From an uncultured Candidatus Micrarchaeota archaeon (GTDB lineage: Archaea > Micrarchaeota > Micrarchaeia > Micrarchaeales > Micrarchaeaceae), in the NCBI GenBank assembly GCA_963741095.1, contig CAVUGN010000002.1:32001-96000 (forward strand): 64,000 bases of DNA, in the 5' to 3' direction. The notes beneath the pieces were generated by a model. That model saw only the letters and a program-made list of their open reading frames with translations. It did no database searches and was not told where the DNA came from. Below are positions 45,297 to 55,980 of the stretch, piece after piece; the stretch's first letter is position 1; each line of letters opens with the position of its first letter. Both the position numbers and the translations under genes were made by a program.

Positions 45297-48050
45297 CTAG
45301 ACCGACCAGTACTTCTTGGTCCTTATGAAGTTCTTCTGGGCCTCAAGGAGATCCATGAAGAAAGAGTGCTCGTCGTGCTTGAGCATCATCAATGTGCGCG
45401 CCGCAGTCCTGTAGCCAACACCGTACACCGATAGGGCCACTGCCGCTTTGCCTCCGTACGCGCTGAAAAGGCTGGCGTACCTTATTGCCTCCCGCATCAC
45501 CTCAATCTCGCCGCCCCTCAATCGCATCCCCTTCCTCGTCTTGTCGACGACTTTCTTGTAAGAGTCGTCATAAATCGTCAACATCGGGCTCTGGCAGCTC
45601 GGGCAGGTTATCCTCTCGCTGTCCTTTATCTCGCTCAGCTTCCTTGTGAAGTTGAAGCCGCAGTAGGTGCAGAGGAATTTGATGTCTCTCGAAAGTATGA
45701 ACTGCGAGAACGATTCCACGAGCTCGTTGTTGGGCGTCAAGGGCGCTATCAGCTCCTTCGTGTAATACGCTGAATTCAAAACCGCCTTTGTGAACGGCGA
45801 TGGCGATTCATTATAGACCTCCCTGATCTTAATCTTGTCAAGCCTCAGGTCCTCCAGGAAATCCTTCAGCGTCTTTATGTCTAGGTAGTTGTTCATCAGC
45901 GCCCTGAGCGTCTCTTCATGGATCGGCGTGCCTTCCATCATGGCCATAAGTCTTCTCGCAAGCGAGCGCGATACCGTTGCATCCCTGTCTATCACGCCAA
46001 ACAGCTTCGCCACAACTATGAACTGGTATCTGAAGAGCTCGGTGCCCGTTATCGCCCTCTCAAGCTCCCTCTCCACCAGTTCTGGCTTCAACTGCCTCAG
46101 AGTGTGCTCCATATTGATATGCTTCGGCAGCTCTATGAACACCAGATACGGCGAGGCCTTGACGTTCACGCTGCTTCCTGTCCTCATGTTGAATATGCTG
46201 GCGAGCAATCTTGCAAGCGCCTCGTTCGCCTGCGTGCCCAGCCCCGTGTACAGGACCCTGAAACCCTCAAGCGATTCGATGAAAAGGGTGTCCTTCGAAG
46301 GCAGAAAGAACTGCTTCTGGGATTCAGCAAACTTCTCTATCTGCAACTTTGTCCGCTCATCGGTGCCGATCTTCGCGCCGCCGGCCCTGCCCACCAACTC
46401 GAACACCGTCTGCGCAGTCCTGTACCCGACAGGTATGTCCTCGCCTGTCCAGTCGGGGACCGCGGCCTCAAGCTCCATGCTCGGCTCCACGCTGATCACG
46501 TTCTCCTCTATGCTCAAGACCTTCCATGGCAACCCTTTCGTTATGAAAACCGAACCTTCGTCGACCTCGTTCGCGACGAACCTTTCGTCAAGCGTGGATA
46601 TTATCCGGTTGCCCACTATGTTCTTCACGAGGAATCTCTTCGAATCGGGTATGACGCTGAGGTGCCCGTAGTAGTACATCCTCGTCCTAGGCCCGCAGGT
46701 TATTATCCTGCCATCGAAGCCGACCATCCTCTGCTTGCCCATGAATTCCAGCAGAAGCTTCAGCCTCTCCATGCCGAACGAGGCGTAGAGGTGGGCTCTG
46801 TCGATTATCTTGTGCAGCCCTTCCACATCAAGAGTGCCCTTGTCAAGCGCAATGCCGCACACCTGGTTCGCAAGAACGTCCATCGCGCCTTCCTGCATGC
46901 TGAACCGCTCCAACTGGCCATCAAGCGCCTGCTGGTATATCGCCACCGATTCCACCGCTTCTATCACGTTCGTGGGCACGACGAGCCCCCGCGAGACGCC
47001 CTTCTGCGTGTGGCCGCTGCGCCCTATCCTTTGTATGAACCTCAGCGCCTGCCTCGGCGAGCCGTACTGTATGACGAGGTCGATGTTCCCTATGTCTATT
47101 CCCAGTTCAAGGGAGCTGGTCGCTATTATGCTCTTTATCCCCCCGGCCTTGAAGGAATTCTCTATCGCTATCCTCTCCTCCTTGTCCAGGGAGCCGTGGT
47201 GCACGCCTATGCCTCCGAAGGGCTCTATCGTGTTGAGGTAGAGCAGCCTGCTGCCAAGCGCCTCGACCACCTGGCGCGTGTTCGCGAAGACGAGCGTCGA
47301 CTTCGAGCCGGCAATCCCTTCGGATATCAGATCCAATCTCGCCAGCGAGCTGCTGTCGAGCCCGAACTTGTCCTCCATCGGCTTCAATTCCTTCCTGTAA
47401 CCCGAAGGGATCCTTATCCTGACTTCCATCTCCCTTACGTTCTTGATCGTGGCTATCCTGCAATCGCCCTTGCCGCAGAGGAATTTCTGCACGGCTTCGG
47501 CATGCCCTATGGTCGCGCTTATGCCTATCCTTTGGAAACCCGGCGCCTTTTCTTCGAGCCTTTCGAGTGCCAGCGACAACTGTGCGCCCCTCTTCGTGTA
47601 ATAGAGCTCGTGCACTTCGTCCACGACAACTGCCTTCACGTTCTTCAGCGCGACTCCTAACGTCTTGGTGGGCAGTATGCTCTGCAGCGTCTCCGGCGTA
47701 GTGATCAGGACCATCGGTGCCCTCCTTGCTTGTTTCCCTCTCTCGCTCTGCGTGGTGTCCCCGTGCCTCACGGCGACCGTCATATCAGCAACGGAGCAGA
47801 GCTCTTCAAGCCTCTTTATCATGTCCCTGTTCAGTGCCCTGAGCGGAGTTATGTAGATCAGCATTATGCCTGATTTGTCCCCGTCCTTCATCCTCTCAAG
47901 GAGTGGAAGAACGGCCGCCTCCGTTTTCCCTGCGCCGGTAGGGGCGATTATGAGGCAATTGCTGCCGCTCGCCACGATGGGCATCGCCACCTTCTGTATC
48001 TCGGTGTACCCTCCGTATCTATGCAAAAACGCCTCGTAGACCCCGGACAT
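45297..48050 (-). CDS. lhr: Lhr-like DEAD/DEAH-box helicase
   Basis: 'APTGAGKTEAA', 'DEVHE', 'SAT', 'HHGSL', 'QRIGRSGH', C-terminal CxxC…CxxC. Confidence 0.92.
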   Translation of the reverse strand: MSGVYEAFLHRYGGYTEIQKVAMPIVASGSNCLIIAPTGAGKTEAAVLPLLERMKDGDKSGIMLIYITPLRALNRDMIKRLEELCSVADMTVAVRHGDTTQSERGKQARRAPMVLITTPETLQSILPTKTLGVALKNVKAVVVDEVHELYYTKRGAQLSLALERLEEKAPGFQRIGISATIGHAEAVQKFLCGKGDCRIATIKNVREMEVRIRIPSGYRKELKPMEDKFGLDSSSLARLDLISEGIAGSKSTLVFANTRQVVEALGSRLLYLNTIEPFGGIGVHHGSLDKEERIAIENSFKAGGIKSIIATSSLELGIDIGNIDLVIQYGSPRQALRFIQRIGRSGHTQKGVSRGLVVPTNVIEAVESVAIYQQALDGQLERFSMQEGAMDVLANQVCGIALDKGTLDVEGLHKIIDRAHLYASFGMERLKLLLEFMGKQRMVGFDGRIITCGPRTRMYYYGHLSVIPDSKRFLVKNIVGNRIISTLDERFVANEVDEGSVFITKGLPWKVLSIEENVISVEPSMELEAAVPDWTGEDIPVGYRTAQTVFELVGRAGGAKIGTDERTKLQIEKFAESQKQFFLPSKDTLFIESLEGFRVLYTGLGTQANEALARLLASIFNMRTGSSVNVKASPYLVFIELPKHINMEHTLRQLKPELVERELERAITGTELFRYQFIVVAKLFGVIDRDATVSRSLARRLMAMMEGTPIHEETLRALMNNYLDIKTLKDFLEDLRLDKIKIREVYNESPSPFTKAVLNSAYYTKELIAPLTPNNELVESFSQFILSRDIKFLCTYCGFNFTRKLSEIKDSERITCPSCQSPMLTIYDDSYKKVVDKTRKGMRLRGGEIEVMREAIRYASLFSAYGGKAAVALSVYGVGYRTAARTLMMLKHDEHSFFMDLLEAQKNFIRTKKYWSV

Positions 48051-48060
48051 ACTTCAACAA

Positions 48061-50043
48061 CTATTCGTCCTCCTCGGAATACCTGCCTTTGACGAATCTT
48101 CCAGACAGAATGGCCCCCGATATCGCGATTATGGTCACCGCTATCAGGGACGGAGTTATAAACAGGATCTTCACCGTGCCGCCGGAGAGCAATATATCCT
48201 TCTTGATGCCGAGATATTCAACATAGCCGGACACATGACCGTATGGCACATTCGTGAGGTTCAATACTCCAGAGTCGCCCAGATACGAGACCAGCCGTGT
48301 TCCGTTGTCGAACGTGAGGTTGAGACTCGCGTTGACTGGGGTGCCGAACGCGCTCACTGCGCGTATCTGGACTTCGTACAAAGGCACTTGAAGCGTTACC
48401 GTTTGGGGCATCTGCACGGAGAACTGACGGTTCAGTGGGATCTTCACCCCCTTGTAATAGAGATAGTTCACGGTGTAGCTCTGGTTTTCGAAAAGGTACG
48501 AACTGCTGTTATCGATGTTAATCCCGTTCACGTTGTAATAAGCTACGTTGGGCACCACCTTGCCGGATATGTTCTCGGGCTCGAATGTCACGAGGAACTG
48601 GGTCTTGAACACCGCGGATATGTTTTCGGGTGAACCCGCCAAGAAGCTTATGGTGCTGTTCGCATAGCCGTTGCTCCATTCATAGAATCCGAGCCTGGTT
48701 TCGCTGTTCACCGGCACCACCGTTTGGTTCAGATGCAGGGTCACAACGCTGTTCTGGTTGTACCAACCTGTTCCTTGCACTCCACCGTATGGGGTCGTTG
48801 CGGTTATCTTATACTGCGTGGTCCACAGCGGCTTCAACGTGACCGGACTGCTGACGCGTACCACAGTGGAATTTTTCGCTACACCATTGCTCCATCCGGC
48901 AAAAACCACACGCGTGCCATTGCCAAAGTCTACTATATTGCTCGCATGCAGTGTGGCTGTGCTGTTCGCATCATACCATCCGCTTCCGCTGGTGCCATAG
49001 CTCGAATTGACGCCGACATAGTACTGCGTCTTCCAAACAGCAGTCTCTGTTATATTCCCATTCATCTCTATGGAGGCGTTGGCTTTTTTACCGCTGTAAG
49101 AGCCAGGTCCACTGCCGATCCATCCTGCAAAAGCTGCACGAGTGCCGTTGCTCAGATTGACTGCCTGCGGAACTTGCAAAGTCGCGTAAGCATAGGCTAA
49201 ATAATTGTTTGTTCCGGACACGTTTCCGTATGCCGATATGACCTTGAGCGAATAGCCGATGTCCCACAAGGTGGTCTGGTTCTGCAAAGGCAGTCCGCTG
49301 CCCACCACAAAGTAATCGACCTGGCTATTAACCTCGCTGACTCCGTAAAGGTTGCGCAGCCTTGTGCTGCTGTCCTTGCCATAGCTTATCAGCGAATAGC
49401 CGACCGGCACCGCTTTCGGTCCCTCATTCGAATAGAAATCGAGATTCTTGAACATGACACGCTTCATCGTCTGGGTGTTTATGCTCGTGTCGGCCAATTC
49501 GCCGATTGCGGTCGGGGAATTGATCCCGGACTGCGATGCTCCGAGGTCGATGCTGCCTATCGGCTGCCCATTGAAATAGACCGTCCATACGTTGCCATTC
49601 GACTGGAATGAATAATTGTTGAACGTTCCATTCATGCCTGCCGAGCCGTCCGGTCCGATGCCTCCATAGAACTGGTCGTTCCCGCCGTCAGCAGTGAAAT
49701 ACTCCCAGAACCACGTTGGCTTGCCGGCAGTCAGCAGAGTGCTTCCATCGCACCCGCTAACCGAGCACGTCGTCGGGTAGTCTCCAGACACATTCACTAT
49801 CTGGTATCCTGCCTGTATGAAAGCGTCATTGCTCAGACTCTCGCCGACCCAGAAGCCGAAGGAGCCGTCGCTGACATTCTGCCAAACAGTCTGAATAGAA
49901 ACGCCTGCGCCCTTGTTGAATTCGGCTTTGTTGGAGCCCATCGCGCCGCTCTGGAACCAATAACTGGCTCCGGCAAGGTTTGCGGCTGTCGCAAACGCAA
50001 GGAGCGCAAAAAGCAGGCATGCCCTAAACTTAGACCCTCTCAT
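48061..50043 (-). CDS. Secreted membrane-anchored protein: N-terminal glutamic-peptidase/thermopsin-like beta domain, 'TQY…GSGWY' repeats, C-terminal TM
   Basis: Signal peptide; 'FWVGESL…FIQAGY…WFWEY…AIGE'; repeats 'WKTQYYV…GSGWYDANS…FAGWS'; TM 'LIAVTIIAISGAILS'. Confidence 0.65.
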   Translation of the reverse strand: MRGSKFRACLLFALLAFATAANLAGASYWFQSGAMGSNKAEFNKGAGVSIQTVWQNVSDGSFGFWVGESLSNDAFIQAGYQIVNVSGDYPTTCSVSGCDGSTLLTAGKPTWFWEYFTADGGNDQFYGGIGPDGSAGMNGTFNNYSFQSNGNVWTVYFNGQPIGSIDLGASQSGINSPTAIGELADTSINTQTMKRVMFKNLDFYSNEGPKAVPVGYSLISYGKDSSTRLRNLYGVSEVNSQVDYFVVGSGLPLQNQTTLWDIGYSLKVISAYGNVSGTNNYLAYAYATLQVPQAVNLSNGTRAAFAGWIGSGPGSYSGKKANASIEMNGNITETAVWKTQYYVGVNSSYGTSGSGWYDANSTATLHASNIVDFGNGTRVVFAGWSNGVAKNSTVVRVSSPVTLKPLWTTQYKITATTPYGGVQGTGWYNQNSVVTLHLNQTVVPVNSETRLGFYEWSNGYANSTISFLAGSPENISAVFKTQFLVTFEPENISGKVVPNVAYYNVNGINIDNSSSYLFENQSYTVNYLYYKGVKIPLNRQFSVQMPQTVTLQVPLYEVQIRAVSAFGTPVNASLNLTFDNGTRLVSYLGDSGVLNLTNVPYGHVSGYVEYLGIKKDILLSGGTVKILFITPSLIAVTIIAISGAILSGRFVKGRYSEEDE

Positions 50044-50824
50044 AATCCAGACCCAGCTCGCCAAGCCGCCCTATTATCGTTTCCCTGTCGGCTGCTTTAA
50101 TACTTTTCCATTCTATCGCAGCCACTTCGACTTCCAGATCGGATCTTTCAGCCGCCTTCTGAAGCATGTCGAAGTTGCCTATCTGATATCTCGGCAGCAT
50201 GTGCGCGAAAGCGTACTTGCCCTCCAGCGCCAACTTCGTGAACTTCTCGGGATAGTGCGTTCCGCCTATGCCGATCGCGACCTTCTCGTATTCCCCCTGC
50301 TCATGGTGCAGCATGTCGACTATCGATTCCGCGACCACTCCGGCGTAATCCCTGTTGCCTATCGTCTCGGCATTCCCTCCAAGCTCGACGAAAAGCGACG
50401 GCGTGTTCAACAAAGGCCCATGGTGCGTGGCCTCGTACGTCACCGGAATGGACGTGGTGTTTGTCCTCTTCAGCGCGCACAGCATCGATAGCATGTTCAG
50501 CGGGGATGCCATGCCCAGCGATTTCGGCATACCTCCGAATTCCGCCTTGTCGGACCAGTTGCCTTCCGGATGCGTGGTGAACGTGGCGACGCCCTTGGCG
50601 CTCGAGTGCCTGCTCATGAATACGATAAGGTCCGCGCCAAGGGATTTGTCGAGGAAATCCGCCTTGATGAGCTCCGTGCCCATCTCGACCATGTCGATGT
50701 GCTCGGAATAAAAATGCCTTAGGCCGCCCAACGGCTTCGTTTCCTCGAAATTCATGCGGGCCTTGACCGCCTCGGCTATGTTGACAGACGCGACATCAAG
50801 CGTCGAATAGACAAGGCAGGGCAT
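50030..50824 (-). CDS. dtdA: D-aminoacyl-tRNA deacylase (archaeal DTD2)
   Basis: 'FMSRHSS', 'TTHPEGN', 'YEATHHGP', 'FVELG', 'GIGGTHYP'. Confidence 0.9.
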   Translation of the reverse strand: MPCLVYSTLDVASVNIAEAVKARMNFEETKPLGGLRHFYSEHIDMVEMGTELIKADFLDKSLGADLIVFMSRHSSAKGVATFTTHPEGNWSDKAEFGGMPKSLGMASPLNMLSMLCALKRTNTTSIPVTYEATHHGPLLNTPSLFVELGGNAETIGNRDYAGVVAESIVDMLHHEQGEYEKVAIGIGGTHYPEKFTKLALEGKYAFAHMLPRYQIGNFDMLQKAAERSDLEVEVAAIEWKSIKAADRETIIGRLGELGLDYERV

Positions 50825-50965
50825 CAATCACACCGCATCTGGGGAACGAATAAATTAGCTATACAACATATTAAAGCAGATGCGCTGAAATCTGCAGAGA
50901 AACCCCGCAAACGAACGAGCGCGGGCAAGGCTTAAATTGTTTCACTCACATCCCGTAGTGGTATA

Positions 50966-51343
50966 ATGCTGTACAACTACATAGCGATACTCTTCTTCGC
51001 GGTGCTGGGGATATCGATACCGCTGCTCTTCCTGCTCATTGCAAAGCTCATCGGCCGAAGGTCTCCAGGCAACAAAATAAAGAACGCGCCCTACGAGAGC
51101 GCCGAAGAGTCTCTTGGCGGGAGCAGGGACGTTGACAACGAATACTTGCCCTACTTCATGCTCTTCCTGCCGTTCGAGATAATGCTCGTCATACTTATAC
51201 TTTGGTCTACCGTGGCAAGGACGATAGATTATAATACGGGCCTTGACATCATACTGCTTGTCATCATATCGATGGCGTTTTCACTGGCGGGCTACAAGCT
51301 CATAGGTGGTACTACTGGAAGAGCAAAGACCGTATACGGATAA
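50966..51343 (+). CDS. nuoA: Complex I-like subunit A
   Basis: 3 TM, 'KNAPYESAE', 'YFMLFLPFE'; first gene of the nuoABCD run. Confidence 0.8.
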   Translation: MLYNYIAILFFAVLGISIPLLFLLIAKLIGRRSPGNKIKNAPYESAEESLGGSRDVDNEYLPYFMLFLPFEIMLVILILWSTVARTIDYNTGLDIILLVIISMAFSLAGYKLIGGTTGRAKTVYG

Positions 51344-51938
51344 GCAATTCGCGAACGCCGAACGGGAGATGAACCAGTTGCTGGAAGGCTCAAAGCAGTA
51401 CAAGACATCGCAGAACGCGATGTTCGCGAAGCTCAGCGACATCACCAAGATGCTCTCGAAAGGCGTAATAAAATGGGGCAGGACCAACTCGCTATGGCCT
51501 ATGCAGTTCGGCCTCGCCTGCTGCGCGATGGAGCTTCTCGACTTCGGTTCCAGCCACATAGACGCGGAAAGGAAGGGATACCTGCTTTTCAGGGCGACGC
51601 CCAGGCAGACCGACGTGATGATAGTCGCTGGCTGGGTCACGAAATCCATGGCCCCTCGCGTCAAAAGGCTGTACGAGCAGATGGCAAAGCCAAGGTATGT
51701 AATCGCTTACGGCGAGTGTGCCACTTCGGGAGGCCCATGGTTCGAGAGCTACAACATACTGAAAGGGATAGACCAGATACTGCCTGTCGATGTTTATGTT
51801 GCGGGATGCCCTCCAAAGCCGGAGAGCCTTTTCGCTGCGATGATGAAGCTACAGGAAAAGATAAGTGGTAGAAGTGCAGGAAATTCAGAGCGAAGCGTTA
51901 GTGAAAACATTAAGGGGACGGAAGTCAGCGGGCTATGA
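51306..51938 (+). CDS. nuoB: Complex I-like subunit B
   Basis: 'FGLACCAME', 'TPRQTD', 'GECATSGG', 'VAGCPPKPE'. Confidence 0.93.
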   Translation: MVLLEEQRPYTDKQFANAEREMNQLLEGSKQYKTSQNAMFAKLSDITKMLSKGVIKWGRTNSLWPMQFGLACCAMELLDFGSSHIDAERKGYLLFRATPRQTDVMIVAGWVTKSMAPRVKRLYEQMAKPRYVIAYGECATSGGPWFESYNILKGIDQILPVDVYVAGCPPKPESLFAAMMKLQEKISGRSAGNSERSVSENIKGTEVSGL

Positions 51939-52248
51939 TTACCTAAAGAAGATAACCGCCGTCGACTACGTTACCTACCTCGAGGTAGTGTACATAATCT
52001 ACAATCCGGCCAAGCGCGAGCAGGAGGTCATCAAGGCAAAGCTCCCCGTAGAAAAACCTTCGATAGACACCGTGACCGAGATATACAAGGCGGCCGATTG
52101 GTACGAGCGGGAATTGTCTGAGATGTTCGGCATAAAGATAAAGGGAAGGACCGCGAAGCGCTTGCTTCTTGAGGAATGGAACGGTTCTGGTGCGCCATTG
52201 AGGAAGAGCTTCACGTGGGGCAAGGAGGATTACGAAAAGGTTGTCTGA
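51865..52248 (+). CDS. nuoC: Complex I-like subunit C
   Basis: 'ITAVDY', '[15 protein letters not shown]', 'PLRKSF'. Confidence 0.9.
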   Translation: MVEVQEIQSEALVKTLRGRKSAGYDYLKKITAVDYVTYLEVVYIIYNPAKREQEVIKAKLPVEKPSIDTVTEIYKAADWYERELSEMFGIKIKGRTAKRLLLEEWNGSGAPLRKSFTWGKEDYEKVV

Positions 52249-53345
52249 TGCCGGTAATGAGCATAAACGTCGGCACTGTGCATCCAAGCACGCACGGAGT
52301 GCTCAGGCTCCTGGTCGACGTGGACGGTGACACGATAAAAGGTGTCGAGCCGCACATAGGCTTCCTCCATCGGGGAGTGGAGAAGCTGATGGAGACGCGC
52401 ATGTACATGCAGAACCCCTCCTACACGGAAAAGCTGGATTATGTCGCCCCGCTGAGTTGGGACGAGCTCTACGTTTCCGCTGTCGAAGCGGCGCTCGGAA
52501 TAGAGGTGAAGGAAAGGGCGCAATACCTGCGTGTTATACAACTGGAATTCCAGAGGATAGCCAGCCATCTGCTCTGGCTCGGCACGTTCTCCAACGACAA
52601 CGGGCAGTTCTTCACCATGTTCATGTGGGCGTTCAGGGAGAGGGACGCGATACTCCGACTGCTGCAGGACGTATCTGGTGGCAGGATGTTCTACCTCAAC
52701 CTCCGCCTCGGCGGCTTCAAGAGCGATCTGCCGCAGGATTTCAGGAAGAGAGCGTACACGCTGACCGATTATCTCGAAGAGAAGATACTCGCGTACCCGG
52801 ATATGCTTGACGCCAACCCCGTTTTCATGGAGCGGACCAAGGGCGTCGGCGTGCTGAGCGAGAGCGCTGCCATTGATCATGGCGTTTCGGGGCCGGTGCT
52901 GCGCGCTTCAGGAGTGGAAGAGGATGCCAGGAAAAGCAGTCCCTATTACGTGTACGACAGGATAAAATTCATAACACCCACCGGGTCCCATGGCGATGTG
53001 TATGATCGTTACCGGGTCAGATACGAAGAGATGCTTCAGAGCATAAGGATAATACGGCAGGCGCTGGACATGATGCCTGACACTGGCGACATCATCGGCC
53101 TGCCGGTGAAGCTGATAGGACCGATAGCGAAACCCGACACTGTGATAGTCCAACGCGAACTGCCAAGGGGCGAAGGCCTGATCTACATGGTGCCGGACAA
53201 GCAGAAGCCCTATCGCATATCACTGCGGGCTCCGACCTTCATAAACCTCGCAGCGCTGCCGAGCATGGTCGAAGGCCAGAAGTTCGCCGATCTATTCCCA
53301 ACCCTTGGCAGCCTGGACATAATACTGGCTGAGCTCGACAGATAA
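52248..53345 (+). CDS. nuoD: Complex I-like subunit D
   Basis: 'HPSTHGVLRL', 'GFLHRGVEKL', 'GPVLRASG', 'ELPRGE', 'AELDR'; no NiFe CxxC motifs. Confidence 0.93.
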   Translation: MPVMSINVGTVHPSTHGVLRLLVDVDGDTIKGVEPHIGFLHRGVEKLMETRMYMQNPSYTEKLDYVAPLSWDELYVSAVEAALGIEVKERAQYLRVIQLEFQRIASHLLWLGTFSNDNGQFFTMFMWAFRERDAILRLLQDVSGGRMFYLNLRLGGFKSDLPQDFRKRAYTLTDYLEEKILAYPDMLDANPVFMERTKGVGVLSESAAIDHGVSGPVLRASGVEEDARKSSPYYVYDRIKFITPTGSHGDVYDRYRVRYEEMLQSIRIIRQALDMMPDTGDIIGLPVKLIGPIAKPDTVIVQRELPRGEGLIYMVPDKQKPYRISLRAPTFINLAALPSMVEGQKFADLFPTLGSLDIILAELDR

Positions 53346-53421
53346 CCGCTGCCGGGAGCCCACCCGCCGATCTACGTGCCGCTACTTCTATAAACTTTAA
53401 CTGGCATAACTGCTTGATAAC

Positions 53422-53766
53422 ATGGATAGGGATCAAATCGAAAAGCTCACCAAGGAGTACCAGACGCTTCAAGACCAGCTTCAGTCGGTCGCAATGCAGA
53501 AGGAGCAGTTCACAGAGATGAAGGAGGAGTTCAAGGAGGCGATGTCCGAATTGGAGAAGGCAACGGGCAAAATATACCTCTCGGTCGGCGGCGTGATAGT
53601 CGAGGTCGCGAAGGAGAAGGCTGTAAAGGACATAAAGGAGAAGCAGGATTCGACGGAGATGCGATTAGGGATAGTCGCGAAGCAGTACGAGGACCTCTCG
53701 AAGAGGGAGCAGTCCCTGAGGGCGAGCATAAACACCGCGCTCAAGGATTTCAAGGGACAAGCATGA
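53422..53766 (+). CDS. pfdB: Prefoldin beta subunit
   Basis: Coiled coil, 'IYLSVGGVIVE' hairpin, coiled coil. Confidence 0.9.
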   Translation: MDRDQIEKLTKEYQTLQDQLQSVAMQKEQFTEMKEEFKEAMSELEKATGKIYLSVGGVIVEVAKEKAVKDIKEKQDSTEMRLGIVAKQYEDLSKREQSLRASINTALKDFKGQA

Positions 53767-53770
53767 TAAG

Positions 53771-54763
53771 ATGAACATCATCGATTTCGAGATACTCAGA
53801 TCAACGCTGACTGATTACCGGACAAAAAGGATAATGCTCACATTCCATTCCTTGGGCGACACCGATTCGGTGTCATCCGCCTTCGGGCTTGCGGAATACT
53901 TCACCAACTCGACGATAGCGACACCGGATTTCATAACGGCGAACTCGAAGCGCATACTCGACCAGCTCGGTTTCGACCAGAACAGGGTCACGAACAAGTT
54001 CGACGACGCAGCCGACCTTGTGATAATGCTCGACGTGAACAACTTCGAGGATTGCGGCGCGTTCAAGGAGAAGCTGGAAGCGCGCAAAAAGCCGATACTG
54101 ATAATCGACCACCACGTGTCGCAGGACATGAACAAGGATAACGTGATGGTGTTCAACGACGAATTCTACAATTCGACGGCAAGCATAATCTACGAGATCC
54201 TGAAGCCCACAGGGATTATGATATCCAAGAGCATCGCGGAGCTGCTCGCCCTCGGCATCATATCAGATTCCGCCGAATTCAGGAATGCGTCATACCGGAC
54301 CTTCGAGGAGGTCGGCGAGCTTCTCAGCATCTCAAATGTCGATTACGTGTCGCTGCTGCCGATAATGCAGCACACCACCTCTGTCGATTCGAGGGAGCAG
54401 TCAATGCACGACCTGTTCAGCTCGAAGACAACGATCGTGGCGGGGCTGCTGTTCGCAAGCGGCATGGCAAAAGGGCACGCGAACCAATCCGCGGACGACG
54501 CGATAAAGGTGGGCGCGGATCTTGCACTATTCTATTCGGTGAACAAGCGGGAAGTCTCCTTCTCGGCCAGGCTAAGGCCGCCGCTTGACAAGGAACTGGG
54601 GATACACCTCGGCAAGATGATGAAGGAACTCGCGCCGATAATCGGCGGGCACGGCGGCGGACATCCCTGCGCGGCCGGCGCATACGGGCCTTCGATCCCG
54701 AAGGCGGCCGAGTTCGCCAGCAAGTTCGTAGCCGGGATATCAAAGACCGTGGACCGCAAGTAA
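53771..54763 (+). CDS. DHH/DHHA1 family phosphoesterase
   Basis: 'HSLGDTDS', 'IIDHH', 'GIISDS', 'GGGHPCAAG'; conserved context after prefoldin beta. Confidence 0.9.
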   Translation: MNIIDFEILRSTLTDYRTKRIMLTFHSLGDTDSVSSAFGLAEYFTNSTIATPDFITANSKRILDQLGFDQNRVTNKFDDAADLVIMLDVNNFEDCGAFKEKLEARKKPILIIDHHVSQDMNKDNVMVFNDEFYNSTASIIYEILKPTGIMISKSIAELLALGIISDSAEFRNASYRTFEEVGELLSISNVDYVSLLPIMQHTTSVDSREQSMHDLFSSKTTIVAGLLFASGMAKGHANQSADDAIKVGADLALFYSVNKREVSFSARLRPPLDKELGIHLGKMMKELAPIIGGHGGGHPCAAGAYGPSIPKAAEFASKFVAGISKTVDRK

Positions 54764-54786
54764 CGCTAAAAGACAAAGGTCAATCC

Positions 54787-55980
54787 ATGAAGCTGGCAAT
54801 CGTCTCAGATTTGCACATAGGGCACGAGAAATTCGCAGAGGACGCGATCAACCAGGCAAGAGAAGCAATGGAGCTCGCCTGCTCCATGTCCGATGCAATA
54901 CTCCTTCCGGGCGACATCTTCGACAAGCGTTCCCCGAAGCCTGATGTTATAGCGCAGGCGATAAACCTGTTCAGGGACATCTCGAAGAAAAGCTGGAACG
55001 CAAAGGTCGTCTCATTCAGCGGCAAGGCGCACACAAACATACCCGTCGTAGCGATCTCCGGCACCCACGAGCGCACGATGGAGGGCAAGGACAATCCGCT
55101 CAACCTGCTCGCGCTGGCCGGATTGCTGGTCGACACGAGCGAGGCCACCACGATCATAGAGAAGGGTGGGGAAAAGGTTGCGGTCTTCGGATTGGGCGGT
55201 CTGTCCGAGGAGCGCGTCAAGGAGAAGCTGAACGAGCTCGATCCGAAGCCTGTGCAAGGCGCGTTCAACATCTTCATGTTCCACCAGTCCGTCTACGAGC
55301 TATTGCCGTTCAACGAAGACGTAATACACTACAGCGACCTGCCCAACGGCTTCGACCTCTACGTCTGCGGGCACATCCACACGAGGATAGAAGACACCGT
55401 CCACGGCAAGAAATTGCTGATACCCGGCAGCACAGTGCTCACCCAACTGAAGGACGGCGAGCAGGAGCCGAAGGGTTTCATAATCTACGACACCGAGAAA
55501 CAGACCTACGAGTTCAAGCACATAAACTCCAGGGAGTTCGTCCATCGGACCATCCGCTTCGAGGGCGCAGAGCCGAAGGACGTGCTCGAGAAGAGCGAAA
55601 AGGAGATCGCTTCGATACTCGCGAGCAGCAAGGGCAAGCCGATAATCCGGCTGAGCCTGGAGGGCACGATAAAGGACGGCTTCACCAACCTTGACATGCC
55701 GATCCAGTCCATAACCGGCAGGTATTCCAGCAAGGCGATACTCAGCATAGACGCGTCAAGGCTCGTCAGCCCCGCAGTCGAGGACAGCATAGAAGACATC
55801 AGGGGCAACAGGGCAGGGAGCCTGCCGATAAAGGAACTGGGCATGGGACTGTTCATATCGAAGCTCAAGGACCTCAAGTTCGGCGACCCCACAAAGGCTT
55901 CAGAACTGTTCGAGATATTGAGCAGCTCCTCGAGCAAGGACAAAGTGATAAAGGAAGCGGAGGAATTCCTCAATCCCTGA
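54787..55980 (+). CDS. mre11: Mre11/SbcD-like DNA repair nuclease
   Basis: 'SDLHIG', 'GDIFD', 'SGTHE', 'FHQS', 'GHIH', 'PGST'. Confidence 0.85.
   Translation: MKLAIVSDLHIGHEKFAEDAINQAREAMELACSMSDAILLPGDIFDKRSPKPDVIAQAINLFRDISKKSWNAKVVSFSGKAHTNIPVVAISGTHERTMEGKDNPLNLLALAGLLVDTSEATTIIEKGGEKVAVFGLGGLSEERVKEKLNELDPKPVQGAFNIFMFHQSVYELLPFNEDVIHYSDLPNGFDLYVCGHIHTRIEDTVHGKKLLIPGSTVLTQLKDGEQEPKGFIIYDTEKQTYEFKHINSREFVHRTIRFEGAEPKDVLEKSEKEIASILASSKGKPIIRLSLEGTIKDGFTNLDMPIQSITGRYSSKAILSIDASRLVSPAVEDSIEDIRGNRAGSLPIKELGMGLFISKLKDLKFGDPTKASELFEILSSSSSKDKVIKEAEEFLNP

Noticed and set aside
45918-47660. Long antisense ORFs (580 aa here; also 60249-61658 and 2864-3796)
   Set aside because: Shadow frames opposite well-supported genes (lhr, thermosome, minD), expected with this codon bias; no protein motifs
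51306-53345. Group 4 [NiFe] hydrogenase
   Set aside because: Large subunit lacks both CxxC Ni-binding motifs and NuoB has the adjacent CC motif of complex I
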